NCBI GenBank assembly: GCA_002633005.1
Contig: NMRA01000012.1
Span: 1,134,564 to 1,198,563 of the forward strand
DNA from: Phoronis australis
Lineage: Eukaryota; Animalia; Phoronida
DNA: 64,000 nt
Direction: 5' to 3'
The position numbers and the translations under genes are program-made. Positions 14,601 to 25,900 of the stretch are shown here, in pieces (position 1 is the first letter of the stretch; each line of letters opens with the position of its first letter). Under the pieces are notes generated by a model. The model was not told the origin of the DNA. It did no database searches and worked only from the letters and a program-made list of their open reading frames with translations.

Positions 14601-15967
14601 TCAGCAGACAAAGCAGTATATTGAGGTAGAGCTCATCACAAGGGGGGACTTGGTAATATGGACACGAAATCAAAGGGTGTCTCCTACTAACTATAATACT
14701 GAACTTGCAGGGCTCACAACCACGGATGTTCAGAGAGAGAAATGTGTAGTTATCTCATCAAGCAGCACGAAAAAAAATGCGGCAACGCTCGCGTACCAGC
14801 ATTTGGCCGTATTGTTCATGAGACACGCGCACCTATATTCCTATAAAGTATAATAGATCCTAACCACCTCACTATCAAAACCAAACGTGAGGCAGGCCTC
14901 TCATGGGGTTCGTTGGCAATGTACCAGTGTGTGTGAGTGTGTGTGTGTCAGTAGGAGACTCGTTCTACCATTTATCTCAGAAAATACTGCATGCAGGGCG
15001 CTAATATTTACAACTGTTGCTCAAATTCTATATTTATTGAAATCAATCAGCACATCTCATAAGTACGTTATTTGATCAGTTTTGAAAAATAACCTGTTTT
15101 AAAATTACTGCAACAATCACTGCGGCCACAAAACCTCAAATTAGCACATCACATGGAGGAACATAAATTTCAATTACAGACGTGACAGACAGCCTCAGCA
15201 ATAAAGTTGGAAAGTTTGTTGTATCTTGTGTATACAGGTGAAATGATGTATTGCTTTTTTCGCCCATAAACAGCTTTTCACAGAATCAAATCAGTTATTC
15301 ATGACTATTTCGAAATAAAACATTGCATTTTGTTCCCGGGCAGAGTTGGCGACTAACTGAATTCAAGAAGACTGGACTTGCTAGCAATGGTGACGTGACA
15401 TTAAATAGGGTTACATTAGGTTCTACATCACATTTCTTAACCAGCAACAATGAACGTTTCTTATGGGTTGGGATTACAGTAGCCAATTTACCACAGCACC
15501 TGGACTTTTGTGGCTTCTTTTGTTCGGGGATTAGGGAACAGTGATAAATTTTTCGTTGTTTAAATGGCAAAAAAATTGATTCATAACAACAGAAAAAAGA
15601 GAAGTAACACACTGCAACTGCTGTTCCTTTGTTGACATGTCCTAACCGTAACCAATACTGTGTAACCTGCCTAAGCCAACACAATGGGGCGACTTGACTT
15701 GAGTAAGCCAGCACACAACAGTGCTTACTTGAGTAGATACGTTGAAATTTGAACGGGGGGAGGCATGTTATGTACTCTTGAGTGCCGAATAGCCGTATCT
15801 ATATGATTATTCATTTCAGACTCGTTTTCCGGTCTATACGACGCTTATTCGGGTCTCTACGTTTATTAATTTTCTAACCTTTTTCCGCGCTCCAGGATTA
15901 TTTGGTTCAGCAAATTCATAATTTTTGTTTCATTCAATACAAATTTGTTACACAAAAACTTTGCTAC

Positions 15968-16037
15968 TGACACCGGGTATCATACCTTGGTCCTAAGACG
16001 ACATGAATTCGCTCTAAACCTCTAGACCACGAGACAC
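15968..16037 (-). pseudogene. Decayed tRNA-like/SINE head
   Basis: A-box-like TGGTCTAGAGG and degenerate B-box GGTATGATACCC at tRNA-like spacing. No acceptor stem. Confidence 0.35.
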
Positions 16038-17604
16038 TCAGTTCAGAGTTTGTAATTTAGAAGAGCTATATATGACTCCGCGTTATACACGGAAGTCACA
16101 TGTCATACACATTCGCTAAAATATACAACTGTACGTTTCAAAGCGTAAGATAACTGGACTTCCAAGCAAGGGTTTACGCAGCGGCCGTCTGTTGGATGGC
16201 CAGAATGTTATTTTGGACAGGTTCGACGGGATTGGTCAGAATTAAGAAAGTGTTGGCAAAATTTTACAAAGCTTGAAATGATGACCACTTTCTCAATATT
16301 AACGGCTGGACGGTAGTCGCTCAAAGAAATAGGCCATCAGTAATTTTAGAAATGAGAAATTTAATGCACAAAAAGTGCTTTCATAGAGAATTTTTCAATA
16401 TTCCGCGCCCCGTGACACAGATTGGTGTTACCGGCAGCTCAACATACAATCATATGAATAAAAATGCTTTCAACGAGTTTCTTTGGCTGATCCAATATTT
16501 ATGATTGCACCCTGTGAAAAAATGGCAAGCTGTAAGGTTACAGCTCTTTACTGTGTCTGTCCCCGACATTTGTGTTTCCAGGGGGGGAGTAATTCCGGGA
16601 TTTTGAACAGCCAGTGTCATCTACGGTTTCCGTCATGACTGACATAAGCAATCTCCATACTTAATCATGTCGTCCGCTGCGCAGAGGCCTAAAGAACTCA
16701 AGGATTATTTTACAAACCGAGAGATGTTCCAGATACAGACATCGATTCAGATGCTGGTATGACAAATAATCCAGCTACAGATACAGACCACGGTGATAAC
16801 GCAGCCAATCAACGAAGCACAATTACCCGTATGATTAATGAATGGTGCCAAACCTTTCAACCACCAAAGTACCGACAAGTTGCCGACAACATCGGACATC
16901 AGCATTTTTATAATTCGCTCCAAACTTGTTAATAGATTGTTTTTATGAACAGGAAGAATGGATTTGAGACAATCATGAAAATGACATGGTTGCTAATGTT
17001 CGACAATTCAGTCGATGTCTATATTGAAATTGATTTCTACTTGCTCTACCGTCCAAATAAATGGAAACGCATGTAGTGGTCGTGGACTCGTATCTTGGAC
17101 AATTCAGCAAGAAATCTCAATTTCTGGCCATGTAAAATTTTGGATGTACCAACTTTTTGACATCGAATTCTGATTAACATCATGAGGGTATTGACTATGA
17201 ACGTTGTGCAAGACATGAGATTGAGAGAAAACGAAGGCTCGACTGTCAGTGTCAGGAACATGTATGATAAAAATGTGACTCGTTTAACCAAGTCACTTTA
17301 TTGTCTTTATTCAAACTGTCAGCTTCATGGAAGACTGGACGTTGCTGCTGAAATCTTTACCTGCGTGTTATAGTGTTTGGACTTAGTCAACATTGGCATC
17401 TCTAGTATGAATGTCACATTCTTTTTCGAGTAAAATGATTCCACATACTGTTTGAAACACGATCTGTTTAGACTTCCATTTAAAGTTATTGAATAAACGA
17501 ATGGTCTTTGATTTAGCAATGACAATTTTATTCCACTTCACTGTACCATGTTATTACATGAGTGGATAACTGCAATAATTTAACTATGGTAATGTTCAGT
17601 TTAA

Positions 17605-18735
17605 CCCTTATCCTGCTAAGCCTCTATTCAGACAACTTTCCCTGTGCACTGAGCTAAGTAGGTCACCACTGCTGCGCGCACTGGGCTGTTATGAAGGTCA
17701 CTCAGATTAATGACCTAACATTTTTAGATTGGAAATTTGAAGGGGTAATATCAACTTTACATAAAAGCGGTCTGCACAAAAGTTGTTCAGAATTCAATGG
17801 AAATTTTCACGATATGCATATCTTTACCATAGCCTTGGTGTAAATAATTCTATAAACTTTCAAACTGGACTCACTTTGTTTTTATCTGACACTCAAAAAC
17901 CGTAATAAGCATTTTTAAAAGGGAACCCATGAGAATTGCGTTTAGTAAAGCAGATTTATTGTCTGTAACATCACATCTACAAACAAGAATGTACAGTATA
18001 TAACATACCTCAACTTTGCACGATTACAAATTCATGACTGGTGCAGTTGCTTGCTAAAGTCTGTTTTGAAGTTCACCTTGGTGTGCAAAAACTTGAAACA
18101 CGGGTGGGGACACAAAGCTATTCTGTGCAAAAGCCCCAAAAAATATCTAATTCTGAATGAGTTCCATCATGTTTCAGAAGCCCTGTATTATGCCTGAAGG
18201 GCGTGAGCCAAGCATCGTCGTAGGACACTCCAAGTTCAGCTTCAGGGACCGGTAGCTCATCCAAAAATTGCACTGAGATCCAAAACAATAGAATCTGCAT
18301 TACTTGTGACTGTTGTGTTAGTTTTCCGGTCACTGTCATCGTCACTTTTGAGTGCCAAATCCAGCTCGTTTTCACTATCTGAGTCCATGAACACTTCCTC
18401 AAGAAACTAGTCAACAGTCACCTTACCACGTTTGGCACCAGCCAAGATAAAACTTGAGTAAACTTTTAAATATCTCGGAAACAAATAATCACAGCCATAT
18501 GTTGTAAATCAGAAAAGTGTACAGGAAACTATGAACTGTGGAATGCGCCTGCTCACATATATAAACAGCATACGGGGCTTTCACAATTTCTGAATGAAAA
18601 ACACCAGTGTCCTGGGGTGAGTACACTCTCCTTGCGCAGTCTAGCCGTAGCTTATTTTAGGCGATTGAGTACACCCGACGCATTTTAATAGGATAATAGG
18701 CTTGTCGGCTGACCTCGCCTAGCGCAGGATAAGGG
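17605..18735 (-). mobile_element. Internally deleted piggyBac DNA transposon (1131 bp)
   Basis: TTAA target duplications at 17601-17604 and 18736-18739; TIR CCCTTATCCTGC. Minus-strand transposase remnants: acidic N-terminus (FLEEVFMDSDSENELD), PFRHNTG...SELDIFWGF, then directly the C-terminal cysteine-rich tail RIALCPHPCFKFLHT. The catalytic core is missing. Confidence 0.9.
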
Positions 18736-19483
18736 TTAAAGGGTTCTTTTGAAACAATTACTTAAAGCGGTGGTAAGTCAAACAGAATTTGCTTCTTTGC
18801 AGTATTATTCCCATCTATATCATGTTATTAGATTTTGCACTTTCTATTACATATATTTCCTTCTACCGTTACTAGATTTTACGCAAATTTGTAATCAATG
18901 TTATTATTCCAGTGAGTCTATACTATTTTTCATTTTCCACAAATTTCCCATCTATTCCAATATTTCCTAGAATTTGCTGTTTTGCACCATTATTCCCTCC
19001 TATATCATTATTAGCTTTAACCCAAATTTGTAAGCAATATTATTATGTTTAAATTTGCATAAATTTTTCCATTATTATACATTTTTCCTCCAATTTCCGG
19101 TCTATATTATTATTCTACTTTTCTAGTGGCAAAAATGTTGGGTCTATACTATTATTAGAGTCTCTACTATTATTAGAAATCGTGAAATTTTCCGGTCTAT
19201 ACTATAATTGCTGTCTCTACAACTATTCGGAACTCGAGAGTGGTTTCATTGAATTCCGCACCTCAATATTTCATCAAATTCCACAAAGCAACAGATCATA
19301 AAATTGCACTAGGCTGTATTGAAAATTACAGACAGGTGATGCAGAACACAGAACAAGTTGAATGGAACCTTACATGCTCTCACCATGGGGAACCTGTCAG
19401 TGCATTTCAAGAACAACTGAAGATGACACTCAACTGTTGCTTATTTAGTTAAATGAACACGGAGTCTGTGTTGACCATCATTT

Positions 19484-19762
19484 CTGGGGCCAGTTTCATG
19501 AAAAGTGACTTGGGACAGAAGTCAATAAGGTCTTACCATTGCTCCTAGTTCACAATTACAGAATAGTATTTTTTACAATGTAATTGTTAGCAATCACAGC
19601 CTAGAAATAGTACGCACAAAATGTCTCAGTAATGAACAGTTATGGATACATTCACAGATACTTTGTTCTCTTGCTAAAGTGAATTTTAATTATTTTTTCC
19701 AAAATAGTTATGTAGAGCGTACGACAAAGTCTTCAGTCACTTTTCACGAAACAGACCCCCAG
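19484..19762. mobile_element. Harbinger-like MITE
   Basis: Imperfect ~27 bp TIRs CTGGGGCCAGTTTCATGAAAAGTGACT / AGTCACTTTTCACGAAACAGACCCCCAG. A related end lies at ~4750-4783. Confidence 0.65.
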
Positions 19763-19971
19763 CTTCTCTTCTACAAAAATAACACATCATGACAGAGACA
19801 ACAAACACAGCAGACACCAATGGGCAGAAACTGCTCTACAAGTATCATTCAAACTCAGCAATAGCAAATCGCAGCAAATCTCTCTCTCAATCTTAACACG
19901 TACATCTATGAGGAGTCACACGTTAATGCTAGCTTCTTATGAACACCTCATAACATACCTATTTCATTATA

Positions 19972-22900
19972 TTATCCTGCCCCCAGCTCACTGCTCTCTA
20001 GACTTTGTTTTAGACTTCCCTTTTTCAGCTTTTTCGTTGGCACATCTACGGAGTAAAAATAATAGTAAAGCCACTGAATTCACCACATTCCAAATGAGGA
20101 GGTCTGAAAGGACGCAAGATAATCAAATGTTAAGCTCAGATTGATATAAACAAACTTTTTTCAGTTTTTCGTTTGTTTCAATACCCCCCCACCTTCTCCC
20201 TAATGTTATAAACAAGGCAGCCATATGCTCCCACCAAAGGTCATGTAGGCAGCTGCAAACAAAAGAGCATTTCACTAAATGGCCAAACACAGTCTAATCC
20301 CAAACACAGACGATCTGCAGTACTGTACTTTGTAAGCATACTTTCTTTGATTGGAATCCCCTTTAAAAAGTAGAAAGACTTCCCTACATGGAGGCGGGAA
20401 ATCAAGAACAGACTGTAATTCAGAAAAAATACAATTTAATGACAAAATGACAATATGCACCACTGCCCATAGCAAGTATACTTTTTGAAAGATTGGTCGA
20501 AATCCACTAGGAAATTGTAGGAGCTGCGCTCATAAGAGTGTTATTCGCTGCACGGGCACAAAGACGGCCGTAATAACGCCTACCAAGAGTGTATCCCCTT
20601 CATCTTTGGTGCGGATAATGATCACTTCACTCTAAGAAGCTTCAGAGGTGTATGTTAGTACATAATACATGAGCCAATCAATCAGGAAATTTTATGCAAA
20701 AATTTATTGCGTAGCAGTAAAATCTAGACATGTGCCTTTCTCTCTTAACACCAGTGTCCATTGTTTATTGCCCAAGGAGAGAGTAGCCACGCTCTTTCAA
20801 GTGCACAGACTACAATACATGGATCACCAGCTCCATATTTTCTCATCCCTCACTTCAGCATTCCCAAAAATATACAATACCGGCGTCCCCTTTTCATGCG
20901 CGCACCCAGCCTTTAATATGGGGGGGCTTGAATATCTGACGATGTGGACCTTTTGCTGACAAAAGAGGTGGCAGGACTAAAAAAAAATGGGGTACCACCT
21001 TCAGAACTGTGAACTGTGCGTCTGCATCTTTTTAGTGGACTTTGACTCATTTTCTGGGAATTTTTGTTTCTCTGTGGCAGACCTTTTTGCCCACTTCGCC
21101 AAATGGGGGGCTCAAATGGGTGCGCGCATGCTTTTGGGTTTCCATAACACTTCATGCTTCCTAACCATGGACTCCTAAATTTCAAAGACCACAGTTCACT
21201 GATTGACGCCACATACTGATTAAGAAGAAACTAGCTGGAAGTAGGTCGCCAATAGGACCAGCTCAAACTGATCTCTCGCCTTTAGCAGAAGCAAAGGGAT
21301 TGATTGCTAACGAACTTTTTAAACAAGTCAAACAAATGAAGAATGCAGGGTCCTCACTCAGGTGCGTGTAACTTCAGAATGAAATGTTTTGGGAGAGCAG
21401 AAAATTAACCCCCCCCCCCACCTAATCATCATTGATTTCACCCCTACCCCCCCCTGACGCTGTCGCCACTCCTCATCGGCAATGCCTCTAAAAGCCAAAA
21501 ATTTATTTTTGGAAAAACGACTCTAATCTCGAGAGGAATTTTTTTTAATCATTGAGGGGAACTGGGCCCAAAACCTAAGGCATCAAGGGCCCTGGAATGG
21601 TACATCGCCCCACATCCCCAACCAGTTTGCCCAACTTCTTGGTGTCAGCAGTGCAACTGACTACGTATTAGTCACTTCCAATGGTCCTGCATTCTGAAAA
21701 CCAATTTTCTCCACTGAATAACAGGCACCAAACTGGTTCTCAAAATCCAAGACACCTGTAAATGACTATTGCCTTTTTGATATCAAAAATCAATGAGTGC
21801 TTATCAATGAGAATACATTCGAGGGACATGATTCATCTAGTTCAGAATCCAGAGAGCATTATGCAGGCGATCATCTGCTCATTAAGATGACAGTTGATTT
21901 TGGATAGCTGCTATCTGCTTACTCGTATCTATGATAAACTTGCTTGAAATACTACTAACTGCATGGCGTCTAACGAAAGCCGTACAAGATCATAATGGTA
22001 GCAGTGAAGAGCAGAATGGTGGCTGCCAAGTGGAGGTGCATCCCTGCAGGAAGAATAGCACAAAATTGGGGTGGCACGGTCTTATTTCAGGATTTGGCTA
22101 TTTAGTGCCAATTGAATCAACTTAGTTTTGCTGCAAATTCTTAAAAGCTGCTGTAAGCTGAACTTCCCATCAAAAATGCCTTGATTTAGACCACATACTG
22201 ATATAAAACTGGTCTCGACTTATCCTTACTCAAATTAGAGCTGATTTCAGGGCTTTGTAAGAACTGACAGTCCATTATTGCTCGAGACCAGGCTGTACAA
22301 GTTGTCTTCTCACAGTGTGTCATTATATTCGCCAAGCACAATCTCAAGCCCAGAAATCACTTCAAACCTGTCAGACTAAGGAACAAGCTGATATCAACTA
22401 TACAACAGTAAGTGGTCTAATTCAAAAGTTCGTTTACTTTAAGGAAACTTGGTGGCTCCTTTGAACAGTTTTTTGAAGGAAAGTGGCAACTTTTATGATT
22501 TAACCTGTGATCAGGAGTTGTATCTGCATACCTGTGAAGTGTTGTGCCGTTTTCCTGCGTAGACTGTCCACCGATTCCTCATTCACGTCTGCCCATTCTA
22601 ACACTAGCCGACGTCCATATAAATGAGTACTGTGTACAAGAGACTCAAACGCCCTCTGCGGATATAAACAAGAAACTAAGTAAACATCAAAGTCAACAAA
22701 CACATTCCACAAGCGTTGCTGCGCTTTGATAAACTGAACATTCACAATCACAGTAAAATAAAAAGGTTAATACCAGCGAACAAGGCTGTAGTACGGTAAT
22801 GTACCTTTGAATACGAGCATTCAGTATATAGCACCACACCCAATAGTGAGCAATGGAGATTTCTGTATTTTAAAGCATGTGAATTAATGACACCAAAAAT

Positions 22901-25900
22901 TACTGAAATAATTTCATTGTCCCAAATGGAAGAGACTGTGGAGACAAAAGAATTTCTAATGAATATCAAAATGTCACTATCTACCTTGGCATCCTGTTTC
23001 GTGACAAAGTCCACAAATCCAAATCCCCTGTGTGAGCTGGTACCCTGTACTTTCTTAGGCAGTCTCACAGTTTTCAGCTCCCCAAACACTCTAATAAGGA
23101 AGAGAACAGTAATAAATGACATGCCATCACCACTGTAGAAATGCCCTGGATGTTATTGAATTTTGTGTCTTTTTTGGAGAAAGGTTGACATCTCTATACA
23201 AAGTTGGGAAAATCAACAACTTTGGCCTCAAGAGCTCCACTTGAAAGCCACATTGCTTGAAGCCCGTGAGAAGAACTCTTGAGGGTATCAAATGTAGTTT
23301 TTAGTTTCTATTGAAAAATTCAATGTTGGTTGAAATACACACAACTAGGAGATCAGACAATGGAGTTAACTTGCCTGAATAATTCCTTCACTTCATGGGC
23401 TTTAGCTTCAAACGGTATATTGCGTACTAGTATCTTGGTGGAAGGTTTTCTTTTCCTCTCAGCTACCTTTCTTGTGGTCTTCACAGCTGCACTACAAATT
23501 GAAATGTAACCAGTAGCCATTTACTAAAGAACAATTTCGTATTTTTAATGATTACCACTTTCAACCTCACCAGTAAAACACTTTTAATTTCAGACACTAC
23601 AATGTCAATTAGTATCGTACACTGAAGTGACCATGGCTGTTATGACAACATCTAATCATTTAGAACTGATCGTTAAGAAATGAAATAATATGGTGTCTAA
23701 ATTTATAAATACTGTCATCAGAAACAGGCTCTCGCCTCGAACTGAAGAGACAGTTTTCAATAAAGAGGATATAATGTTGCTGATTTGCGGACACTAATTG
23801 ATTCACGTTTTGTTCAATATCTTAAAATAAAACAGTAAATGGAAAGCACCACAAAAATGCTCAAAAATAACGTGAGAGCACCCAGGGTTTCAAAGAAACT
23901 GGTTTGGTCTCTCGCAAAGTCTTAAAAAAGGGTGACTTCAGTGAGTTGCACAACATTGCAAATATAAGACAGAGTCATGCCGAGAGCTTGAGTCAGATGA
24001 AGCAGAGCTCTTCTGATCCACAAAGCTGACACTTGCTGATGCATTGAGATGTTACTATTTGACTGTTATTTGTTATTCGTTATGTGTCTGACATTCTTCT
24101 GATGATAACAGCTACACAACACATCCAAACATGGATGAAATATTACACCTCATTTATCTTCAATTTCCTATTATAAGCAAAGTTATACGACATAAACTTT
24201 AAGAGATCATACCACATTTAGACATTCACAATCAAAATTATTTTCTTTCCACTCAATGAAGCTCAAACTTAACTCACGTTGTGGTTCGTTCAGACAACTT
24301 CAGTTCAAGAGTGTGCCCATCCACCTCAGTGTGTTGTAACGTCTTCAAGGCCTTTTGTAATGACGCTGGATCCATAAACTCAACAAATCCATAGCCCATT
24401 GACAACACTCCACCTAAAATACAACACCAACCGTAACATCGCCGAATCAGATAAAAATTATTGTAATCCTTCACCTGTTTAGCCCACAATATGGTGTACA
24501 AGTGGAATTTAATGTTGTTGAATTTCTCGAGAAAAATAAATACTAAAATAACAATACATTTTTGAGCAAGTGTCACAAAACAACACTTCCCAATTTTTTG
24601 ATTATTTGTGGCAAGGAAGTCTGCTTTTAAAAAGTCGGAAATGATAGTCTTGAAAGTTACGTTTGTGCAAAATAGCACGATCTAAAATACCTTCACACCA
24701 AGTGACCCCATTCTTTACTCAATATCCCCAGCACCAGGTGGCATGGAAGACAAATGTTCCACAAAATTTTATATGTAAGTCGATGAAGATCACAAACCAC
24801 GTGGGTTTGTATTCAAATTTACAATAATAAATACCTGGATTCTTGGGGTCCTTCTTTGTTGCTATAACAACATCCTTGAGGGGGCCACATTTGGAGAAGA
24901 TCTCCATTAATGTGCTTTTGGTTGTGTCAAAATTGATGTTCTTGACAAACAGCGTACAGCCCTCCTGGATTTCACTGTCATCGTCTTCTTCCTCCCCCTT
25001 AAAGGTAAATGCTATCAATTAAAGGAGATTCAGAGATGCAATGCCACAATCCGCTGTCAGAAAATAGAAAAAAAACATTACAAAATAAAAATCTCATAAA
25101 AGTTTTTAAATAGTTTAGCTTAGCACTACTTTCCATGAGGCCACTCCACATTCAAACCACATTCTCCCTTTCCTTCAAACTCATGAGAACACCAAGCGCA
25201 AGTATGAAAAAGATCATCAGTACAATGCTGATAATCTACAGGCCAGCACAGGAGTCAAACTTGGACCTCATAAGAACAGTCCAAACCATTGGCTTACACT
25301 AAACTAAATTCGACCCAGTTTAATAGAGCGTCACCTCATTTGATTTTGATCTCCACGCTTGAATTTCCTTGCTGCCTTACAAACGATTGATCGGTTAGCT
25401 CTAAACAGACTACCAGTGAGCAAGGTAAGCCATTGCAACATCCAGTTTTAAAACATGACGTGTTGGATGGCACAGCCAAGAGAGAAAGCAGGCAACACAT
25501 TTCAAGACAACCTCAACAAAAAAGACGGCTAAATGAAGAATTTTAACATTAAATTTTATTGTAGCCTACAATTTATTATTTTAGTTCACAAACTATTATT
25601 ATTTTTACCATAAATGTCACACTGATGATCAGCAAATGTGGCAGTCATGTTTTTCACGGGACCTCATACGGAATACCTGCATATGGCGAGCGTCAATCTC
25701 GCAAATTTGGACGCCCACTTTTCAAATGCTAGATGAGACCCTGCTTGTCATTGAGCATTATTCTAGCTCTATGTTAAGGAAAACCTACCTCATTATTCTA
25801 GCTCAATGTTAAGGAAAACCTACCTCATTATTCTAGCTCAATGTTAAGGAAAACCTACCTCATTATTCTAGCTCAATGTTAAGGAAAACCTACCTCATTA

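Larger units (their letters stand above)
15775..19240. mobile_element. Non-autonomous Tc1/mariner (Tc2/pogo-like) element carrying the piggyBac insertion
   Basis: TA|CTCTTGAGTGCCGAATAG ... CTATTCGGAACTCGAGAG|TG imperfect TIRs. Multiple subterminal direct repeats (GGTCTATAC/GTCTCTAC) at both ends. Family assignment is inference. Confidence 0.7.

Noticed and set aside
1-15700. Short ORFs in the left gene-free region
   Set aside because: None has recognisable homology or forms a consistent exon chain; several overlap repeats.
23590-23720. C/D-box snoRNA candidates (TGATGA...CTGA on the minus strand, also near 28680-28716)
   Set aside because: No terminal stem or recognisable rRNA/snRNA antisense element; such boxes occur by chance.
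25335-25370. Possible extra RBM19 linker exon (EIQAWRSKSNE)
   Set aside because: Weak acceptor, and flanking exons already join in phase without it.
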